DNA from: Naegleria gruberi | Lineage: Eukaryota | Length of the DNA: 64,000 nucleotides | NCBI GenBank assembly: GCA_000004985.1 | Contig: GG738893.1 | Direction: 5' to 3' (one strand) | Shown: positions 35,349 to 46,468 of the stretch, one piece after another | Layout of the letters: each line of letters begins with the position of its first letter | How positions within the stretch are numbered: position 1 is the stretch's first letter | Position numbers and translations under genes: made by a program | The notes under the pieces: model-generated | Seen by the model: the letters and a program-made list of their open reading frames with translations, nothing else | Databases searched by the model: none | Told to the model about the DNA's origin: nothing

Positions 35349-38300
35349 ATGAATATGAGCGAAGTAGGTGGCTCTGTAATAGCAGAGTCTGCTATTGAGT
35401 CTCAAATTAATAGAAATTCAGTTGTCAAGCAGGCCAACAACAAATTTACCTCAATGGTGCTATCTCTTCAGGTCAATACACCAAGAATTGGATGGAAATG
35501 GTACTTGATTTCATTGGCATGTATGATTATACAGTTGTGGAGCACCATTTTGCTTCCAACCTTGAATCAAACTTGGGGTTCGACTTCTAAACTGATTTTT
35601 GACATTCTGAATGTGCCTAATACATTCTTTGTACATTATTTAACTCATGACCAAGCAATAATAATTGCATACATTTGCGTTGGTTTTGTATTCCTTTGCA
35701 TAGCCATTGCATGTGCTTGTATTTGGTCCATCACAAATGCCACTAAGCACATCACCAAATTCAAATATCTATTATTTGTATTCGCCTCAATAGCTCAAAC
35801 GTTTTCCATATTTCTCCTTTTCAATTTTGTTGGTTTCTATGATTGCAGTATTACCAATATCAATGAAGATACATTAGAGAGGACGCTTTCTAGATTTCCC
35901 TCCAATTCATGTTTTAGTGATACAATTATTATTGCACTTTGCATAGCTGGTTCATGTGCTTTATTTGTATTGGTAATTCTCTCTCGATTGATTTCTCATG
36001 ATTTGCATCCTTTGAGCAATACTCCATTTGTTTCAATGACTCCAAAATTGATGGTCATGATGGATTTCGTTAATTTGTTTACAATGATTTTGTTATTTGT
36101 CATACCTCAACCTTATCTTTTCGTGACAAATGCCATTAATATGATCGCTTCATTAGCCATGATGATTGTTCATGGTAAATCTTGTCATTTTTTCAAACGA
36201 ATGGACAATTCATTATTTATGGGAGTATTGGCAGCAAGATTTGGAACTAGTTTGGGAAGTTTTGTAAATTCCTTAATTACCACACCCCTAATCAATATGC
36301 CAAATTCTGAGTCTTTCTCCCTTTATATTGGTTTTTCTACTACTATTGGTTTGGCTCTGATGTTTGCACTTATTGGATTTGTTGCTATTGAAATTTATAC
36401 AAGAATTGTTGTTAAATTAATTAGAGACATGACATTGACTGATTTCCTAGGTTTAATTCATTCTAATCAACCTCTAAATATTCACAAATCAAAGAAAGCA
36501 ATTATGAACTATATGGAAACCAAAGCGCAAATCTACATTCAAACATTCAAGTTGAAAAATACTCTACATCAATTGACAATGTTTTTCAGATTTGCCAACA
36601 AGTCAACTTATGAAATTTATAGTGGAGTTCAAGGTGATGATGGGTTGGATATTTATTTGAGTGATAAAGATCTCTCTCTAATTTATTTGAAAACTCTGTA
36701 CAATAGAAAATCAAGAGAAATTGACTTGTTGTACAATTTATCAACTCTAATGGCTTACGACCATTTTGGAGACGACGAATGTCATACACCGAAAGCTTTG
36801 CAAGTAATGAACAGAGTGTGCAAAAAATCAAGTTTTTGGAATCACTTGGATTATCATTATAGAGCTAAGGAAATTCAACAGTATGCAACTGACACTGGTA
36901 CAGCAGATGCAAGTCAAGAGAATGATGCAAAAATGTTACTACTCAAGGAGAATCAAGATAAGTTGTTATGCTTACACAGAGACTTCTGGAAAGAAATGAT
37001 CAATGAACCAGTCAAGCTGTCAAGTGTTCAGAAAATTTGTGAAAAGATATCCGATATTTCAGAAGAATGCGAAGAAACATTTATGGAAGCACTTTCAGAT
37101 CGTAAAAACAAAGCCTATCTAAGAATGTATGCAACCTATGTTGAATTATTCCATTTTGATAAGGATCTAGCTCAAGCAATTCACATGGAAGCTAATCAAC
37201 TCGACCAAGAAATGAAAGTTACTCAAAGCATTAACAAAATCAAAAAGAAGCAAGTAGTACCTAGTGCTTCTAGATCTTCTTTAAAATCCCTGTTCAGATC
37301 AAGAACCAGAATTAGAGAATCAATGACTGACCAAATGAGCGACGCAGGATCAGACGTTTCAAATCAAATTCCAAATGGGTTTACTGAACATTTTGACCAA
37401 TTTGATGATAGTGCAAGTGTTGCAGGTGATAATAATGCTCCTGAAGCTGCGGAACAAAAGAAGGATTACTTATTTAGAAATGCTTTGAAAGCTAGACGTC
37501 CAGAAGGTGTCAAGTATTTATTGTATTTCTTATTTTTGTTTTGTTGCGTTGCCATTATGACAGGTGGTTTGGTCATGTCAATAATCAATAGTTCCAAAAT
37601 TAAGCAAAATATCATTAATTTGAAAGATGTCTGTATTCCACAAACAGCTCCTCTTTCAATTATTAGAAATGTAAGAAATATGCAAAATTGGATTTATGTA
37701 TTCTTTGTGAAAAAGTATGGATGGCCTTCGAGCTTTGGAACCACAGCCACTGTTTCAAAAACCGTAAGTATCTCTTAAAGAATTCTGAATATTAAATGAA
37801 ATAGGAGTTCATGTCATACTTTAAGGAAAGGCTAGATAAAGACAAAGATGGTCTGTTAAGTTTGCTTGTATTGGGACAGGATATTCAATTTGATTTTGAA
37901 ACTTATACTCAATATGGTAAATCAATGTACCAAACCTACATTCCTAGCTCTTCTACGACTGGTACAAACTTAACATTTAATACCAAAGTATATATAGGAG
38001 AACCAGAATTGAGAAATGTCTCAGTTGTTGAAATTACCAACTCTATCATCAAATATCTCGATCTTATCAAAGACGATGATTTTCCACAAGCAGAATTAGA
38101 AAAGTTGCAAGAAATGGACCTAAACTCTGCTGCTGCCCAACAAGTTATTGATTCTATTCTTTCAAAACCGTTCATGTTTCCAATTTCCAATTACAATTTC
38201 ATGTATTTATGGTTGAACAAGTTTGGAATTACACACATCTATGAAGATTTTTGTAATGCCTACGTTGAAAGAAGCAAGAAATCTACTGTTACATTGATGG

Positions 38301-40715
38301 CTGGTTCAGAATACTATTTTTATGCAACTATTGGTTTGATGATCGTAATTGGATTGCTTCTTATCGCTTATATTCAATACGATTTATTATTCTTTAAAAG
38401 ATTAGTCAAATTAATTGAAAAGGAGCTGAACAAGGATGGTATTGGAAAAATTTATCAACAATTGAATAAGAAAACTTCTATGGAAGCTTCCTTAGATTCT
38501 AATATTGTTAGCAAATCACTTCATGCAAATGCTAGTTTAGTAATTGCAATTGCATTGCTTGCTGTGTTTATTCCATTATGTATTGGAATGTTATACTTGG
38601 AAACATACAAGAACGCAAAGAGTGCTCTATTTACTTTCACCAATGTTGGATTATCTTCAAATGTAATTGAACATTTACAGTTTGCTTCATTTTATTTGGG
38701 AGAAATTCTTACACTTTTTGGTGTAGCTCACTTATCCAATAACGATGCCAGATTGTTCAATAGCAAATTGTCAAGTGGAAATTTTGAACAAATTTACAAA
38801 TCATTGAGATATGAAACTGATTTTACTGCAGCAAATTAGTAAGTAGTTTTGGAATTTTAACAATTTACTAGAATCAATGTTCAGCCAAGAATTGATATAC
38901 GGAGATGTTACTAAACCTGATGATGATCCAGTAATTGGTTTGTATCCATCTTTGGATAAGCTACTCAAACAAGGAGTTGATAATTGTACTCTTTATTTAG
39001 AACAGCATAATTTAACTCTCACACTCAAAACGAAAATTCAGTACTGTACAGGAATTGATAAAGTAATGACTGATTTCCTAACTACCATTACACAGACCAG
39101 TGAGAATACTCGAGATTTCTATACAAAACAAAATGCTGTATTTGCTGCTAATGGAACAATTTTAGATCCAACTGAAATATTTATGGAACATTACAAGTTA
39201 AATGTAATGTCTCATCCTCTGAATGACAAACTATTGATATTCATGAATGAATTTGTTAGAGTCTCTTCAGAACTATCACTAATATTACTTTTAATATTTA
39301 CTTGTTTAGGATTTTTACTCACAGCAGTCATTGGAAGACTCATATTGGCAATGATCAAGAACAAATCAAATCAACTCTACCACACCAGAATGCTAATGAA
39401 CTATATTCCAGTAGAAATGTTAGATAGAAATGAAAAACTCAAAAATGTTGCATTATTTAACTCTTTCCCTAATGCACTAGTTGAAAAGTTGAATAGAAAA
39501 GGAAAAGAGGGTTCATCTGAAAGTGGATTTAATGGCGTTGCGAATATTATCAATTCTTCAGTTGATGGATCTGCTTTGTTAAATGAAAGTGGAGATATTG
39601 AGATTTTCAACCCAGCAGCACATCGAATGTTTAATTCAACTTCAGTCGATGTATTGGGTACAAAGCTTTGTTCTTTATTTGAGGAATCGATTCAGGAAAC
39701 TATTAGAAAGACATTTGAATCCATAATAGAGCAATCTAAGAAATCTTATAATTCTGGAGGAAATGGACTCGCTCAGGAAACATTAGAAGCTGAATGTATG
39801 AGAAGAAATCAAACTAAATTCCCTGCCAAGATTAGTCTATTCACTACTCATCTTTCAGATCGTGGAACTATTGTTGTTTGTACCATTAAGGATGTGACCT
39901 CAGAGAAGAAACAACAAGCTCTCCTTGCGGACGAAAAGAAACACTCTGATAATCTACTCAAAAACATTCTTCCAGAAAATGTCGCTTCAAGACTAAAGAA
40001 GGGAGAAACATTCATTGCTGAAAAACTTTCTGATATTACATGTTTCTTCTCAGATATGGTTGGTTTCACAAAAATCAGCTCAACCATGCAAGCTACTGAA
40101 TTGGTGAAAATGTTAAATGCAGTAGTTAATGGATTTGACAATTTGACAGAGCTTTATGACCTGGAAAAGATTAAAACCATTGGAGATGCTTACTTTTGTG
40201 TAGGTGGTCTTCATGGTTCTTCAGATCACCCAGAAAGAATGTTAAAATTTGCCATGTCAACCTTCCAAGTCATTAACGATTTTAATTCTGGAAAATTTGG
40301 AGTCATTCTAGAAAATGATAATCAACTCGATATCAGAATTGGTATCAACACAGGTTCTGCTCTTGCAGGTGTGATTGGAACCAAGAAATTTGCCTACGAT
40401 TTGTGGGGTGATACCATCAATACTGCCTCAAGAATGGAATCAACTGGTCAACCAGGAAGAGTTCAAATAAGCAGATCAACCTACGAAAGAGTTTATGATA
40501 TGGGATTGGAATTTGAGGAGAAACGAGTGGAAGTAAAAGGAAAGGGAATTATGCAAAGTTATTTATTGAGTGCACGTCATCACATAAGCACCAAGGTTGA
40601 CTTGATTATTCCAATCGAACAGAAAACACTCCAAGATTATGAAATTGACAATGAACCTTTAGAACAATTAAAACTAGATAATAACACATCGTCAAGTCAA
40701 AACTCAATGGAATAA
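35349..40715 (+). CDS. Large polytopic membrane receptor with a PAS-like domain and a C-terminal class III nucleotidyl (adenylyl/guanylyl) cyclase catalytic domain, about 1760 aa. Exons are 35349-37763, (37805 or 37826)-38838 and 38885-40715
   Basis: Intron 1 has donor GTAAGT at 37764 and an acceptor at 37804 (41-nt intron) or 37825 (62-nt intron); both preserve the frame. Intron 2 is 38839-38884 (46 nt): TA|GTAAGT...TTCAG|C restores the TAC codon. The N-terminus has many TM helices, and further TM helices occur in exons 2 and 3. The PAS-like stretch is GDIEIFNPAAHRMFNS.... The cyclase motifs are FFSDMVGFT, KTIGDAYFCVGG and GINTGSALAGVIGTKKFAYDLWGDTINTASRMESTG. Confidence 0.75.
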
Positions 40716-40951
40716 CTTGTTCTAAAGAATAAAATCAATAACATTTTTACAACACAATTTTGCATTTCTGCTTTGATCTGAAAAATCCAACCCAAATTTG
40801 TCCAAATGATTGCCTTGCTTAATTACGCGCCATTATTTCACCACAAAAAATACCTCAACTGCTCAGAGTTTCATTTCTCGCTCTTCATCACGTTTTTCAT
40901 ATCGGAGGATTTTTATTGTTGTTACTCTATTGTTGAAGGCACATCATCACG

Positions 40952-42007
40952 ATGAAGAAGTATATTTCTGTATTATTATATTGTTATTGTTGGCTTGTTT
41001 GCAAATTGTTGATGCGCTTTCTATTCAAGTGAAAAACAACAAGGAAGATCCACTAATTCATGATGATGAATTTATTAGACAGTTAATCAGGCACAAAAGT
41101 ATTGGACTGCTGGAAGAAATGGCAAATTTAATGGAAAGAAGAAGTCGGATCTTGTCAGAATGTTGGGAAAGTACAATGTCAAGATGATGACTTCATCACA
41201 AAATATTGTTGAACAACCGACAAGACCAGCAATATCATCATTGGATATTCCAACAAATTATACACTCACAACTGATCCAAAATATATGAATTGTACTCAA
41301 CTTCACAAGATTAGAGATCAAAGCCAATGTGCAGCTTGCTATGCGTTTGGAGTTGCTGAAATGGTTGCTGACAGATATTGCATTTCATCTCAAGGGAAGG
41401 TCAATACCATTCTTTCACCACAATTTATTTTGAGTTGTGATGAATATGAAGGAAATTGCTATGGTGGAGATATTGGAAATACTCTTCTCTATGTTAAAAA
41501 TTATGGAATTGTTACTGATAGTTGTCTTCCATTCCTTGCTAGAAATGGCTCCAATCTCAGTTGTCCGAACAAGTGTCTCGATGGATCTAATTGGAAATTG
41601 AGATACAAGGTAAAGAATCCAAATCAAATTGCTCAAGATGATATTCAAGGAATGCAACAAAGCATTTTACAAGGTGGATCAATCATTGCTGCCTTTCAAG
41701 TTTATGAAGATTTTGCTCACTACAAGGGAGGAATATATGTTCATACAGGTGGTGCTTACATTGGTGGACATGTTGTAAAGATTGTTGGATTTGGTGAAAC
41801 TCCAAGTGGAATTCCATATTGGGTTGTTGCCAATAGGTAAGTTTATTTGTTGCTTAATATAATAATATAATATTTATTGTACCCTTTCCTGTTAATCTTG
41901 CTAGTTGGGGAGTTGACTGGGGATTATCTGGTTACTTTTATATAATTAGAGGAAAGAATGAGTGTGGATTTGAAAGTTATATTTGGCAAGCTACTCCATC
42001 TCTTTAA
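40952..42007 (+). CDS. Cathepsin B-like papain-family (C1) cysteine protease. Intron at 41837-41904 (68 nt). The 5' signal/propeptide region carries one or two apparent 1-nt frameshifts (about 40955-41085)
   Basis: The mature domain has catalytic Cys (RDQSQCAACYAFG), His (GGHVVKIVGFG) and Asn (WVVANSWGVDWG). The splice AG|GTAAGT...CTAG|T joins ...VVANR to SWGVDWGLSGYFYIIRGKNECGFESY.... Propeptide-like DPLIHDDEFIRQL (frame 1) and NQAQKYWTAGRN (frame 0) lie in different frames. Signal-peptide-like sequences follow the ATG at 40952 in yet another frame. Confidence 0.7.
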
Positions 42008-42394
42008 TTCATTTCAACTTGCTAATAAACTTTGAGAAATATTAAGGCCACCTAACCATGTAGCATTTTATGATCAATGCAATTCAATAGAGATAATTAT
42101 CATCATTGTAAACGAAAGTCAACTGTCAATATGTCAATTATTGACACTTCTCAAAGCTCATAGCCCAAACCACATTAATACTAAACGAAGATACCAACAG
42201 TGTTACAATGATTTCAATAATCCATTACAAAATCCAAAAAGCATATGACCATTATAATCAACCTCATCCAAAAATAATTTACCAAATATTTTCATCGCGC
42301 AACAACGAAGATTCAAACCAAAGCACAAAAAGCTTCTTCGCATAAAACGGCGCGAACTCTTCCAAGCCTAAAAAATCATCCTTAAAAAAAAAAG

Positions 42395-43365
42395 ATGAAA
42401 CTCTTCCTCGCTGTTTTTTGCTTGTTGAGCGTTGTCGCTTCTGCCTATTGTTCCTTGATTGCCAGTGGTGCTAGTTTGCGTTCAACCACTGCTTTGAATA
42501 TCAGATCAGGCCCATGTACATCAAATGGTATTGTTACTAGTGTTGGTGCTGGTACTACTTTGAAGTTTACTGGTAGCGTCCAATCTGGATGTGGTTATAC
42601 ATGGTATGGTGTTGAAGTTAATGGTAAAAGAGGACATGCTGCTTCTAATTTCTTGACTGAAGTTAATAATGGAGGTGGTGGTGGTTCTAACACTGGTGCT
42701 TCTATCAGTGTTGATGCCTTGAGAAGAATTATGCCAAACTTGTCATCATCAAAGGCTAACCAATATATTGGATATTTGAACAGTGCTTTGGCTGCTGGTA
42801 ATATTAATACTTGTTGCAGAAAGAGTGCTTTCCTTGCTCAACTTGCTCACGAATCTGGTGATTTGAATTGGTTTGTTGAATTTGCTTCAGGTGCTGCTTA
42901 TGAAGGTAGAAAGGATTTGGGTAACATTTATCCTGGTGATGGTGTTAGAGTAAGTTATCTTTGACATTTTGACTTTTGACACTTTTTGACATTTTCAATT
43001 ATTATTAATTTATTAATTATATTATAGTACAAGGGTAGAGGTCCAATTCAAATTACTGGTCGTGCTAATTATCGTGCTGCTGGTCAAGCCCTCGGAATTG
43101 ATTTGGAAAATAATCCAACCAGAGCTGCTGATCCAGATGTTGGATTCCGTACTGGTAAGTAGTTAGTTGAAAACTGTTAATAATGTTTATACTAATCAAC
43201 ACAATAGCTGTTTGGTTCTGGAACTCAAGAAGTTTGAATCAATATGCTGATCAATGTAACCAATCTGGTTTTGATATCACTACCAGAAGAATTAACGGTG
43301 GTTACAATGGTAAGGCTGACAGAGATGCTCACTGGACCAGAGGTAAGAGCGTTTTGGGATGTTAA
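42395..43365 (+). CDS. Secreted bacterial-type SH3b domain plus glycoside hydrolase family 19 (chitinase/lysozyme-like) protein. Exons are 42395-42949, 43028-43154 and 43208-43365
   Basis: Signal peptide MKLFLAVFCLLSVVASAYC. SH3b-like ALNIRSGPCTSNGIVTSVGAGTTLKF...WYGVEVNGKRGHAASNFL, then a Gly-rich linker. GH19 blocks: FLAQLAHESGDLNWFVE, YKGRGPIQITGRANY, AVWFWN and ITTRRINGGYNGKADRDAHWTRGKSVLGC. Two GTAAGT...AG introns (78 nt and 53 nt) have verified phases. Intron 1 contains (TTTTGACA)x4. Confidence 0.8.
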
Positions 43366-43503
43366 TAAATATCAAAGATTTATTCCAAATTATCTTTCTA
43401 TTTTTGAGTTTTACAAAAGTTTACAATGGCGTTAGTGAAATGGAGGTCGGCGACCTCGTCGTAATTGAATGATCCAAGCAATTAACGATTTGAAACTCGG
43501 TTG

Positions 43504-44399
43504 TTACTGGATATTTTTCTTGGGCATTACAAAATCATAAGAAAAGAACAGATTATAATTTGATTTGGGAGCAAAATAATATCCACTCACATTCTTAAAC
43601 GACATGACAGTGTAGGTTCTATGATCTCTATCTCGAAATTCATTCAATGAATAGCCACTTCCACCAAATAAAAATACATTCTTATTTAATCCTAAATAAA
43701 CATCATTCTCAGCATGGGAAATAATTTCATATTCTGATATTCGGTCATAATCTGCAGGTGATTCATACTCTTGAGTTTCTAATTCGGTATGGGAATAGGT
43801 AAATGCATTAAATTTCTGCCTCAGAAATGCTCTCTTCTTTGTAAGACAATAATTTTTCAATTCATAATCGTATGTAAAATCTTCATTCAATGGAGAAATC
43901 GATTTTGTAATCCTCTTCCAAATATTTTTCAAGTTATTGTACCAATTTGAGCAAACTGTATCAGGTCTCTGTATTAGAATATCAATAGGAGGCAAGAATT
44001 CAAATATTTCTTCCACAATTTCTGATGGCAGTAATGTAAACTGATATCCACTGACCAATGATGACAATTTAAGGGAAAATTCATCTGTGGAATCAATTGA
44101 GGTTTCAAATTTATATTTTACAATTTCTTTCAGCAATGAATTAAAAAGAAACCATACGAAATATTATCCTTTTTAAATACATTATATTGTTCCGAACAAT
44201 AATTTGCCAAATTCGTAATACATTCCGTTTGGTCGAAAGATAATTCTAGATGCTCATTTAATTTACATTTCTTTGAAATTGACTCAGAATCTTCTTGGCT
44301 TGATTCCGAATTTTCTTGTTCTTCTGCTTCTTCATCCTCTTCTTCGCTCTGCGGGGAACGATTGAGTAGTTGATCAGCCACAGTTCGATCTCTTTTCAT
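43504..44399 (-). CDS. F-box domain protein with an acidic N-terminus. There is an apparent 1-nt frameshift in a T5 homopolymer near 44140, between ORFs 44130-44399 and 43504-44136
   Basis: N-terminus MKRDRTVADQLL...EEEDEEAEEQENSE. The F-box is LLPSEIVEEIFEFLPPIDILIQRPDTVCSNWYNNL. The frames differ by 1 with no plausible intron; the candidate (26 nt) is too short. Confidence 0.5.
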
Positions 44400-44423
44400 T
44401 TTTTTTTTAAATTTTAAATTACT

Positions 44424-44432
44424 TTTCCCGCC
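44424..44432. promoter_or_regulatory. E2F-like motif TTTCCCGCC in a 200-bp divergent promoter between the F-box gene (-) and a membrane protein gene (+)
   Basis: Matches the E2F consensus TTTSSCGC. It is embedded in the palindromic TTTTCCCGCCAAAA. A single occurrence, so it could be chance. Confidence 0.25.
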
Positions 44433-44597
44433 AAAATTGGATTTAAAACTTTAAAAAAATTAACAAATTTGCCTTAACGAATTTCTCAAACCAAATTTTA
44501 ACGATTTTTTCTCGTTCTTATTCTTCAGCATCAACTGAATACAAACGCTGCCTCGAGACGACAACAACAAGCCTCCGATAAAAGGAGTGTTCTCTCG

Positions 44598-45386
44598 ATG
44601 GGTATTCCCAGTGTTTTGATCACTTGTTTAATTTGGTTTCTTGCTTACCAATCTCCTCTTCTCAACAATATGATGATGAAGAATAATAATTATAGTAATT
44701 TAATGAATAATAATAACAACAATATCAATCATGGTCATCCGATGATGATGCAACATCAGAAGAATCCAAATATTCATCCCGAACATTACAATATTAAGAA
44801 GAGCAATAATAATGGAGTTCCGGATGATGGTGGTGCTCAATATTCATCAGGAATGGAAACATTGAATGGTAATATTAGTAACGCTGATCGATTGGCCTTT
44901 GGTCTCAAATGTATCTTTGTGGCATCCCTTCTCTTTCCATTTATTATTCAACGAATCGCTTCAAAGAGATTGAATTCCGAAGCAATTAATCCATTGTTAT
45001 TGGAGGAAAGAGCACTTTCTATTTCTTCATCAGGCTCATCTACTGTTTCATCATCCTCAACAATGGTACTTGATCAACAAGTCAAGTTGGATTTCATGTT
45101 TATTCAAACCATGCAAAGAATTTTACAGAACACTATTGAGCAGTTTATTATCTTTTCAATGAATGTATTGATATTGAGCTTGTATTTACACCCAAAGGAT
45201 TTTAAGATTATCATATTTGCTACCATTACTTTCATTGTTATGAGAATTGCTTTTTGGATTGGATATTTGAGACACTATGTAATGAGAGCAATAGGATTCT
45301 CAGTTGGTATGATAATGAATATTGTGTTGGCAATTAGTGGGTTGTATTTACTGATAACAAATGATGTTCTACCACATGTTTTATAG
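44598..45386 (+). CDS. Multi-pass membrane protein (262 aa) with an Asn-rich N-terminal region. Family not recognised
   Basis: ATG ORF. A poly-N/M low-complexity region is followed by 3-4 hydrophobic helices (FGLKCIFVASLLFPFII, FIIFSMNVLILSLYL, IIIFATITFIVMRIAFWIGYL, IMNIVLAISGLYLLI). Confidence 0.5.
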   Translation: MGIPSVLITCLIWFLAYQSPLLNNMMMKNNNYSNLMNNNNNNINHGHPMMMQHQKNPNIHPEHYNIKKSNNNGVPDDGGAQYSSGMETLNGNISNADRLAFGLKCIFVASLLFPFIIQRIASKRLNSEAINPLLLEERALSISSSGSSTVSSSSTMVLDQQVKLDFMFIQTMQRILQNTIEQFIIFSMNVLILSLYLHPKDFKIIIFATITFIVMRIAFWIGYLRHYVMRAIGFSVGMIMNIVLAISGLYLLITNDVLPHVL

Positions 45387-45926
45387 AGAGATGATATCTT
45401 CAGACGGGAAGAATGGTCTACCATCAACAGCATTATACGATACCGTATTGGATCAAATATTCAAATATGCAAAGACAACGAGATATGTACATATTGAGCT
45501 CTCAACTCAACCAAAATTTTCATGCGCATAACTTCAACTTTGCCATTTATGATCATTTTTCAGATTACCATATTTACTCACTCTTCATTTGTAACTTTTT
45601 GTTTCAATTAACAAATTTCATTTCCTTTTATGATGAATTTGTACCGCTCTAAAATGCTCGTGCAATTAGTTTGTCATGAAAAATAGGAAAGTTTCTAACT
45701 ACGATACCATCTCCTTTCAGCATATTTCATTGATTTTTACGTTATCGCTGACCTGATTATCATATTTTTCACTAATCAAACTACAAACAAGTGATGACTG
45801 ACTCGAATAAGGCTTCCCCTATAGAGTATCGAATCTTTGTAGTAGCGTATTGGATTGACAACGCAATTATAAAATGTTTCAGACTGAAGTTAACTGAGAA
45901 AGTATCATTAAACAACCAAAAACAAA

Positions 45927-46376
45927 ATGTCAAACACCAACCAAACAAAAAGTAATAGGTCGAAAGCCCAAAGTAACTGGAACCAAGCCATGCTAGAGAG
46001 CTCGATAAATTCCAGCCGGCTGATAATATGGAAAGTGGCCAAAGATAAAACTATCAAATCCACACAGGAGAGAAAATCCATCAAGAAACAAAAGACGAAA
46101 GTGACTGTCGATGGAATTGTGAGGAATCGAATGATTTCTGATAGAGAGATTATGCAAGTTTTACATTTACCACAAATGCAAGCATGTAAAATATTGAATT
46201 GTAGTTTATCCACTTTGAAAAGAAGATTTTACGAATTGAAAGATGGTTTTGGATTAGACAGATGGCCCAATAATTTGCTTGTTGCCAGACATTTGCCAAT
46301 TTTCAAAAAGATTTATCCAATGTCTTTGGACTTTATTCTGAATCATGACGACGAAACATCTACCACTTCTCAATAA
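45927..46376 (+). CDS. Small RWP-RK-like domain protein, copy 1 (149 aa)
   Basis: C-terminal ISDREIMQVLHLPQMQACKILNCSLSTLKRRFYELKDGFGLDRWPNN...HLPIFKKIYPMSLDFILN. It aligns to the RWP-RK core (AAK.LGV..TTLKR.CR..GI.RWP) with the RK dipeptide replaced. Confidence 0.75.
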   Translation: MSNTNQTKSNRSKAQSNWNQAMLESSINSSRLIIWKVAKDKTIKSTQERKSIKKQKTKVTVDGIVRNRMISDREIMQVLHLPQMQACKILNCSLSTLKRRFYELKDGFGLDRWPNNLLVARHLPIFKKIYPMSLDFILNHDDETSTTSQ

Positions 46377-46468
46377 AATCATCTACTAATTTCTAACTGA
46401 ATTTCGAACTAGAATACATGTTTATTTTCAAACAAATATTAGAAAGTCAAATGGATGACAGAGAATCT

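Noticed and set aside
36586-39610. Short antisense ORFs (36586-36831, 37936-38190, 39401-39610, 39848-40141) within the cyclase receptor gene
   Set aside because: They are embedded antisense to a long conserved CDS and have no motifs of their own.
43343-43436. A possible third intron in the GH19 gene (GTAAGAGC...AAAAG)
   Set aside because: Reading straight through gives ...AHWTRGKSVLGC and then a stop. That matches the conserved C-terminus of bacterial GH19 proteins better than the spliced alternative.
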